A DNA stretch of 64,000 bases from an uncultured delta proteobacterium (lineage in GTDB: Bacteria > Myxococcota_A > Polyangia > Polyangiales > Polyangiaceae). The stretch is taken from contig CAWJCS010000003.1 in the NCBI GenBank assembly GCA_963841435.1, forward strand, positions 32,001-96,000. The letters are read 5' to 3'. The notes below the pieces were generated by a model, which worked only from the letters and a program-made list of their open reading frames with translations, was not told the origin of the DNA and made no database searches. The position numbers and the translations under genes were made by a program. This document shows positions 57,203 to 64,000 of the stretch, in pieces. Positions within the stretch are counted from its first letter, which is position 1, and the number at the start of each line of letters is the position of its first letter.

Positions 57203-57354
57203 AGGAACACCTCCTTTCCAGCCGAGGGCCGAGCCGGCCTCGATAGGTTGAACCAAGCCCGAACTTTCGTTTCTGTCAAGCGTCGAGCTGACAGGTTCGT
57301 TGCGAGTCGTGGTAGCGTGACAAGGATCCTCTGCTCTTTGGGGACGCACGCCAG

Positions 57355-59322
57355 ATGTCGGACCGCTTTTCGAGCCCGCCTGCCCCGCGCTCATTGAGCG
57401 GCGCCGTGATTCAGTCGGAGCTCCAACCAAATGTGACGTACCGACTCGAACGCCAGATCGGCGAGGGCGGGATGGGCACGGCGTTCCTCGCGCTCAGGCA
57501 AGCGCCCGACGGCCTCGCGCCGGTCGTCATCAAGATGGTCCGGCGAGGTTTCGGGACGGGTCCTGCCGACGCCGCGGCGGGCATGGTGGTGCAGAAGGAA
57601 GCCGTGGCGCTCGGGCGCCTCAACGAGCGCGTGCCGCCGACTCCCTTCGTCGTGCGGCTCATCGATACCGGCGCCGCGGAGATGAACGGCCCGACCCGGC
57701 CGCCCACGCCGTGGCTCGCCGTCGAGTACGTGCACGGCGGCATCGAGGGCACGACGCTCGAGGATCGCGTGGCTTACAGCGTGGATCGGACCGGTTTTGC
57801 CTTCGACGCCAGCCGCGCGGCGCACGTCGTTCGCTGCCTGGCGGCGGGCATGCTCGCCATCCACGGCGTCGGGGTCATCCACCGTGACCTCACGCCCGGA
57901 AACATTCTCTGCTGTGGTTTCGGCGAGGCGGAAATTTTCAAGATCTCCGATTTCGGCATCGCCAAACCGCAGGGTCTGGCCGCCACGTTCGGCGGAGTTC
58001 CCGTCGGAACCGTGGGCTACGCGGCGCCCGAGCAGACGCTGCCCGATTCGGTGGGCGTCGGGACGTACACCGATGTGTTCTCTCTCGCGTGCGTCATCTA
58101 CTACGTGCTCACGGGGCAGCACTTTTTCGAGGCGAACACGCCGATTGCCGCCATGCAGCAGATGCGCGACAAGTCGCGCAAGAGCGTGCTCGGCGGCAAG
58201 CACCTCGCCCCCGAGATCCGGCAACGAGCCGACGCCTGCCGCGCCATCGATCAGGTCCTCGCCCGCGCCACGGCCGTCGAAATCGAGAGGCGACCGCAGG
58301 AGGGTCAGGAGCTCGCCGCGAGCCTCGTGCCCTGGCTCACCGAGAGCGCGAGCCCCCCGCGCCCCGCCAAGCGGCTGATGAACAGCCTGTTGAACCTCGC
58401 CTCCCCCGGCGATCTCGGCAGCTGGACCTGGACGCCGCGTCACCCGCCGGGCAGCGACCGCACGGTGCTCTCCGCGGCGTGGGACGTGGACGGAAAGTGC
58501 CTCACGCTGACGCCCTCGGGGCCCGAGTTCTGGGACGGACATGCGTGGGTGCAAGCTCGCGACATCGCGAGCAGCGTGTCCGGCCAACCGAGCTTCGTGC
58601 GGCGCTACGAGGCGGGTGGCTGGCTCGTCGGCGGTCAGGGGCTGCTTGCCGTCTACGCGACCGACGGCGTGCGCGAAACGCACCGCGCGCCCCAGCCGGA
58701 TCACGTGTTTTCGCACGCGAGCGGCCGCATGGATGATCTTCTCGCCGCCGTGGCGCAGCGCCCCGGAAGCCCGCCGTTGCTCTACGGCATGGCGGCGCAC
58801 CGCTGGGTGCGACCGGTGCCGCTCGAAGGCGTCTCGTACGTCGCGGCCCTGCTCCGACTCGAGGATACCCGCTGGCTCGTGTGCGGTCGGCTGCAGTCGG
58901 GAGGCGGCTTCGCGGCCGTCTACACGCCCCTCGCGTTCGAGCTCGAATACCTGCCGACGCCGCCCACCCGCGCCTTCGTTGGCGGCGCGAGCGAGCCGGA
59001 GCGCGGCATCGCGCTGATCGTCGGTAGCCACGGTGTCGCGCTACGCATCGACGGCATGCACCCGTCGAGCTCCGTGGCGGAGGGCGAGCCCGATCTGACG
59101 GCGGCCGCCATGGACGTGCTCGACCGCGAATGGGTCGCTAGCCTGGGTCGGCTCTGGGTGCGCGACGCGCAGCGCGAGCAAGGCTGGCGCGCCGTGTGGA
59201 GCGACCCCTCGTGGACCGCGCCGCTCATCAGCATCATGGCCGACGCCGGCATGGTCGTCGCCCTGAGCGCCGACGGCGGCATCATCGAAGGGCGCGCCGG
59301 CTGGCAAAAAAAGCCGCGCTAG
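57355..59322 (+). CDS. Soluble Ser/Thr protein kinase with Trp-rich beta-propeller-like C-terminus
   Basis: IGEGGMG, VIK, HRDLTPGN, SDFG, GTVGYAAPE; no TM; repeated beta-strand/Trp motifs. Confidence 0.88.
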   Translation: MSDRFSSPPAPRSLSGAVIQSELQPNVTYRLERQIGEGGMGTAFLALRQAPDGLAPVVIKMVRRGFGTGPADAAAGMVVQKEAVALGRLNERVPPTPFVVRLIDTGAAEMNGPTRPPTPWLAVEYVHGGIEGTTLEDRVAYSVDRTGFAFDASRAAHVVRCLAAGMLAIHGVGVIHRDLTPGNILCCGFGEAEIFKISDFGIAKPQGLAATFGGVPVGTVGYAAPEQTLPDSVGVGTYTDVFSLACVIYYVLTGQHFFEANTPIAAMQQMRDKSRKSVLGGKHLAPEIRQRADACRAIDQVLARATAVEIERRPQEGQELAASLVPWLTESASPPRPAKRLMNSLLNLASPGDLGSWTWTPRHPPGSDRTVLSAAWDVDGKCLTLTPSGPEFWDGHAWVQARDIASSVSGQPSFVRRYEAGGWLVGGQGLLAVYATDGVRETHRAPQPDHVFSHASGRMDDLLAAVAQRPGSPPLLYGMAAHRWVRPVPLEGVSYVAALLRLEDTRWLVCGRLQSGGGFAAVYTPLAFELEYLPTPPTRAFVGGASEPERGIALIVGSHGVALRIDGMHPSSSVAEGEPDLTAAAMDVLDREWVASLGRLWVRDAQREQGWRAVWSDPSWTAPLISIMADAGMVVALSADGGIIEGRAGWQKKPR

Positions 59323-59335
59323 CGCAGCCGTGCGC

Positions 59336-59415
59336 GACGGGCGGGGACGGGCGGGGACGCACGGCGATGCACCTCGACGGGCGGCGGCGCACGGCGATGC
59401 AGTTCAACGCACGTG
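59336..59415. repeat. 10-bp-period degenerate tandem repeat (consensus GACGCACGGC) downstream of transposase
   Basis: GACGGGCGGG GACGGGCGGG GACGCACGGC GATGCACCTC GACGGGCGGC GGCGCACGGC GATGCAGTTC AACGCACGTG. Confidence 0.75.
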
Positions 59416-60309
59416 GAGACGCGACGACCGATGAGTTGGCGCCGTGCGCTCGGCGCGTGAGGGAGCGACCGTGGCGCGGGGAGACCGCGGAGCTTCGTCG
59501 AGGCCAATGAGGCCCGAGCGCCGCCATCCGCTGCAGAGAAGCCACGTCCGCGGCGTCGCCACCGGGAGCGCCGCCCCGCTCGCGTCGCCGCGTCTTCGCA
59601 GGCGTCGAGCATCGAGGTCGGCGAACACCGGCGGGGCGCGCCCCGCGAACGGAGGATTTCCAAAAGCGGGGCTCCACCCGCGAAAGCCCTCGAAGAAACT
59701 GCCGGACGAGCACGGATCGATGCCGGTCGGCGGCGCCCTTCGCGCGTGCTTGCGAAAGTTGGCGAGCACGTAGACCAGCGCCGCCCGCACCTCACGCGGC
59801 GAGCGCAACGCCCGACCGTGCCACCGGTCCGACCAGAGCGGCCCGCGACGCATGAGCAGATCGTTCACGTAGCGCGCCAGCCTGACCGCGAGCCCTCTCA
59901 TTCCGCTCGACAGCGCCCGCGCGTCCCGCGCCTCGACGAGCAGATGAAGATGCTTGTCCTGAACCGAAAAGTGCACGACGCGAAACCCCGCCGGATCGCG
60001 CCGCGAGGCTCGCGAAACCGCGAGACGCACCGTCGGAAAGAGGTGCTGGCTCCTCAGCGAGCCGAGCCCCGCGCGCAACGTGACGTGCACCGGATGCCCC
60101 GCCACGTGGCGTGGCCGCGCGCGATGCGGCGTTCTGGAGCTCGCGGACCGCCTACGACCAGCTCCCGGGCGCCTGCCTCCCCAGCCCCCTTGGAGCAGGA
60201 GCTCAAGCTGGTGCCCCCCATGCGGAGGCCCGGCTCGGCGAGCCGGCTTGCCCCCGCCGCGCGACTGCAAGGTGCGGCGCCCTTCTCCTCCTTGTCGCTG
60301 TCGAGCCAA
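59404..60309 (-). mobile_element. REP-associated tyrosine (Y1 HUH) transposase, myxobacterial type
   Basis: QLEL..WGGRRPGAGR, PVHVTLR, VVHFSVQDKHLHLLVEA (HUH), W.DR.H...L.SPREVR.ALVYVL.N (catalytic Tyr), DPCSS. Confidence 0.87.
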
Positions 60310-60791
60310 CTTGAAAAGGGCTATACTATGCTTTCCCGGAAGAGTCCAGGCTGGGGCCCTTCGTGCCAGGGCTCGTTCCGGATTGACCCCCAACGGATCG
60401 AACCGAGGACACCCGCGCGCCATCGAGCACCCGGCCCCATTGGGTGACGGCCGTTGCGGGCAAGCCGAAGATATCCCTGACCGTGGCGGTCATGCCCTGA
60501 GAGCCGACGGATTCCTCCGCGCCGGTCCGGGTTTCACGCACCCGGCCACGCGCGCTGCACTGCGCAACCTACATGGGCGCCGCGCCTTGCTCTCGCGCCG
60601 CGACGCGGCAGGCCTACATGAAGCCGCTTCGCGGCGCGGCGTGGTGCGGTCGCGGGGCGAATGCGAACGCCGTGCCCGAGTGCGCCGGCGATCGAAGCTG
60701 CAGCGACGCGTCAGCGGGGCGGCAGGAACACGAAGCAAAAACCCGATCGGCCAAGGGTTGCGATCCGGGAAAAAGTTGTCATGTTGATAAG

Positions 60792-61022
60792 GTGGCCCGT
60801 AGTTTTTTCCAACTGCTCGTTCTCGTGGCGACGACCTTGTCGATCGCGTGTAGCTCGAGCGTTCAGAAGGAGCCGCAGGGCCCGCCGCGCGCGGTCGATC
60901 CGGAAACGCGAGTCGCTCCGGAGCGCCGCCGGCCGCCCCCACCTCGCCTCATCGCTCCGCCGCCCGCGTACGGAAACAAGGTCGTGATGGCCGACGCCGG
61001 CCGCTCCACAAGCACCAACTGA
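60792..61022 (+). CDS. Small lipoprotein
   Basis: Hydrophobic leader ending LSIAC, Pro-rich body APPPAYGNKVV. Confidence 0.65.
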   Translation: MARSFFQLLVLVATTLSIACSSSVQKEPQGPPRAVDPETRVAPERRRPPPPRLIAPPPAYGNKVVMADAGRSTSTN

Positions 61023-61040
61023 GCGCGGGCGCCCGGGCCC

Positions 61041-61261
61041 CACGCCGCCCACGCGGACGCACGCCGCCCACGCGGGACGCACGCCGCCCACGCGGACGCA
61101 CGCCGCCCACGCGGACGCACGCCGCCCACGCGGACGCACGCCGCCGCCCGCGGACGCACGCCGCCCACGCGGACGCACGCCGCCGCCCGCGGACGCACGC
61201 CGCCCACGCGGACGCACGCCGCCGCCCGCGGACCGTCCACGCGGACGCACGCCCGTGCGTC
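61041..61261. repeat. 19-20-bp tandem repeat (GACGCACGCC-GCCCACGCG), about 11 copies, ending in hairpin GACGCAC-GCCC-GTGCGTC
   Basis: Directly visible; lies between convergent genes; no unique spacers. Confidence 0.92.
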
Positions 61262-61379
61262 TTGCGCCGCGACGCAATGGCCGTACCGCTACGACGCAGG
61301 CGCCGCTGGCGTTGCCCGAAGGGGCTTCGGGTGTCGAGCGAGGCTGCTCGGTGTGAGGGCTTCGTGCGGGTGGCGCGGG

Positions 61380-62448
61380 TTATTCGACGAGGAGGGTCAT
61401 GCCGGACCAAGCGACGCCGCCGCGGTTGTCGTGGACCGCGGCAAGGATGCGCACGGGGCCGGGCGTGCTCGGCGCGAAGAAGTCCGTGCCGTAGTCGGGG
61501 ATGAAGCCGCGCGTCGCGTCGTTCACGAGGCGGGTGCCGGAGCGCAGGGAGCCGGTCGTCACGTAGTAGCTGACCCAGATCTGCTCTTCGTAGGCGCGGC
61601 TGTACGAGGCGGCCGTCACCGAGTCGAGCTCGGCGCTCGCGGGGTCGATGACGGGCCGGAATGGATGCGCGTCGCACTTGAGCACGTCGCCGTCGTCGGG
61701 GCAGCGTGGGATGGTGAGAATCCGCGGGGATGTCGCCGGCGTCGGGGCCGGGGTTCTGACATTCGTCTCCGACGCAGGAAAATTGAGGCGACACGTCGAG
61801 ACCCTCGAAGGTCATCCCCGTCACGATGGGGTTTTCGTTGGAGAAGTCCTCGAAGGAGTAGATGGCGCTGTAGCCAGCCACGAAGTCATTCGACCCGAGC
61901 GCGCGGTCCTGCTCGTCAGTGCAGCGGAGCGGGAAGGCTCCGGGCGTGAAGTCCGCGGTGAGCGTGCCCGCACAGGCAGCGAAGAAGACGAACGAGAGCC
62001 CATAGCGCGGCAAGCGGGGGTCCGTCGAAGGTGGCCGGCTGCTGATGATGTCGTCGGGGATCGCGAAGGAGAAATGGGTGAGCGCCTCACCCTCGGCGAC
62101 CCTGAGCTTGCTGGGATCCGGCGCTGCGGCGATGCAGCCGGAAAAAAGGTCGCCGGGCGGATTGAAACAGCCGCTGTACCAGCCGACGCGGATCGGGCGC
62201 CCCGCCTGCTTGCTGCCGTCGAGATACAGCATGGATAGCGAGACTGTCTCGCCAGGCTTGGCGTAAGGCAGATCCTTCTGCACGGCGATCACGCGCAGCG
62301 TGTTGACCTCGCTCGGCGGATCGAGCTGGGCGCCGCAACCGGAAAGGAGGGCACCGAGCGCGAGCATCGAGCCTAGCGCCGCGCCACGAACGCCGAACGC
62401 CGCGGGCGTGCCGTGTCGAGTCGAGGTGGTTCCAAGGCGCGGTAGCAT
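61380..62448 (-). CDS. Cys-rich lipoprotein associated with TonB-dependent receptor; frameshift near 61720
   Basis: LLSGC lipobox, LRVIAVQKD.PYA.PG, NENP, C-terminal EQIWVSYY..G, HDNRGG..W. Confidence 0.75.
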
Positions 62449-64000
62449 CAGATCTCGAGCCTCAGGCCCAGGCTGGGAATGATCGGAATCCCCGTCTGGT
62501 AGGTGGTCTTACTGTAGTCGAAGTTCGCCAGTACGGCTTCGACCGCGGCGTTGTTGTAGACGTTCTGAACGTCGAGGTAGGTCGAAAGGCGGGCGCCCTT
62601 GAGCTGCCAGCGCTTGTCGATGCGGATGTCGAGCTGGTGAAAGAGCGGCAGGCGGCGGCTGAACGGCTTGCCCTGGAGCGGCGTGTAGGCACCCGCGTCG
62701 GCGGCATAAAGGGCCGGCAGCGAGGGATACCTTTGCGTGGGCGTGTCGAGATTGCCCGAGACCAGGCGGAAGCGCGCGCCGAACTCCCAGCCTCGCCCAA
62801 GGCGATAGCTGCCGAGCACCGTCAGGTTGTGCGTCTGATCGTACTGGAACAGGTGCTCGGGCTCGCCCGGCAGATCGCGCCGCACGCTTCGCGAAAGGGT
62901 ATAGGCAAGCCAGCCGAAGAAACGCTCGTCGGGCTTGTACTTGAGCAGCGTCTCGGCGCCGACAGCGTAACCTTCGCCGAGGTTGTTGTACGTGTAGTTG
63001 CCGCTCGCGTCGGGCGCGCGCGAGACTTGTTTGTCGAGGTTCTTGTAAAACCCTTCCACGCTGAGATCGACCTGTTTGGTGAGCTCTTGCTCGGCGCCGA
63101 GCGTGTAATGCGTCGAGCGGTTCGAGTAGAGATTCGGCGTCCCGAACACCTCGTCCGTTTCCTGAAACTGAGGTGGCTGGTAGAAGACGCCGACGCCGCC
63201 CTTGATCGTGGTGCGCCGCTGCGACGGAGCCTCGGCCGGGTGCCCCTTGAAGAGGTCGAAGCGTGCGGTGATGCGCGGCGCGAAGTCGGCGTGGCTCGTG
63301 TCGCGCGCGTAGTCGACGCGCGCGCCGGGCACGACGCGCAGCCGGTCGGTCGGCTCGAGCTCGGCCTCGCCGTACCAGCCGGGACGAAACCCAAATCCCT
63401 TGTTGTGGACCTCGAGGGGCGGACGCGTCGCGAAGGGTCCCGTGGCCGGCTCTCCGGGACGTGGCGGCGGCGGCAAGCGCACGTTGACGTCGAAATCCGC
63501 CATCTCGAAATCGAGGCCGGTGTTGAGCTTCACTCCCTTGACCGGGCGGAACGCGAGCTCGTAACGCGTCGTGATGGGGATGAGGCGAAGATCGAAGAAG
63601 AAGGTGCCGAGGCGGAAGTTTGCCGCGTCCTTCCCGACGGCCATCTCGGCCGACAGCGAGACGTGACGCGTGAGGTCAACGTCGTAGAGCACCTGGGCGC
63701 GGTAGAAAGCGGTGCCGAAACGCAGGTTGCCGCCGAACGCGGGATCTTGGGCCGCCGGATCGCTGATGAGAAGCTCGATGCGATCGTCGGAACCGTAGAA
63801 GCGCACCGAAGCGCGGCTGTGCTCGGTCTTCTTGTCGGCGATGAGCTGGTAGTCGTAGTAGACGGGCGCCGTGGTGACACCGGCGCCGGCCGCCTCGAGG
63901 ACGGGCTTGAGCCAGACGTCGATCCAGGAGCGCCGGCCGCCCGCCGCGAACGTCCAGCCATCGATCGGCAGCGGGCCCTGCACCAGCACCCGCCCATCGA
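62448..64000 (-). CDS. TonB-dependent receptor beta-barrel (5' part beyond window)
   Basis: AGGRRSWID, PRITAR, GWLAYTLSRS.R, DQTHNL, QLDIRIDK, YLDVQNVYN, PSLGLRLEI. Confidence 0.9.
   Translation of the reverse strand, partial: DGRVLVQGPLPIDGWTFAAGGRRSWIDVWLKPVLEAAGAGVTTAPVYYDYQLIADKKTEHSRASVRFYGSDDRIELLISDPAAQDPAFGGNLRFGTAFYRAQVLYDVDLTRHVSLSAEMAVGKDAANFRLGTFFFDLRLIPITTRYELAFRPVKGVKLNTGLDFEMADFDVNVRLPPPPRPGEPATGPFATRPPLEVHNKGFGFRPGWYGEAELEPTDRLRVVPGARVDYARDTSHADFAPRITARFDLFKGHPAEAPSQRRTTIKGGVGVFYQPPQFQETDEVFGTPNLYSNRSTHYTLGAEQELTKQVDLSVEGFYKNLDKQVSRAPDASGNYTYNNLGEGYAVGAETLLKYKPDERFFGWLAYTLSRSVRRDLPGEPEHLFQYDQTHNLTVLGSYRLGRGWEFGARFRLVSGNLDTPTQRYPSLPALYAADAGAYTPLQGKPFSRRLPLFHQLDIRIDKRWQLKGARLSTYLDVQNVYNNAAVEAVLANFDYSKTTYQTGIPIIPSLGLRLEI

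Noticed and set aside
60340-60420. tRNA or tRNA-Sec (GGTTCGATCC on minus strand)
   Set aside because: Only a 3-bp T-stem; no acceptor or anticodon arms can be formed
61041-61261. CRISPR array
   Set aside because: Units are contiguous 19-20-bp tandem copies with no unique spacers and no cas genes in the window

Overview
High-GC (roughly 70%) bacterial chromosomal DNA with a strongly myxobacterial (Polyangiales/Sorangium-like) gene complement: three Hanks-type Ser/Thr kinases, a TPR protein, Cys/Gly-rich lipoproteins, an elb ether-lipid cluster and a TonB receptor/lipoprotein pair. The assembly has many single-base frameshifts (about 16 visible), most likely long-read errors, so several genes are reconstructed across frames. 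Positions 1-25.5 kb hold a nitrate-assimilation plus molybdenum-cofactor supercluster. It contains nrtABCD, an alginate-export-type porin, a cytoplasmic nitrate reductase paired with a DmsB-DmsC-like membrane subunit, a HemD-like/NirB/NirD triple-fusion nitrite reductase, moaD/B, moeA, moaE, a nitrate-reductase-associated-protein/MoaC fusion, moaA and mobA. A kinase-TPR-binding-protein module interrupts it. All three nitrate-gene upstream regions share a helically phased GAAAC array (about 31-bp spacing). The rest of the window holds sahR-like/metH/nadE, a Grx4-HesB-rhodanese fusion, maeB, fpg, an S1 protein, a ferritin-like lipoprotein, htpX, elbBCDE (ElbD carrying an extra SCP2 domain), apaG, a deoxyhypusine synthase-like gene, and a REP-associated tyrosine transposase flanked by 10-bp-period GACGCACG repeats. 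No rRNA, tRNA or CRISPR array was recognised.
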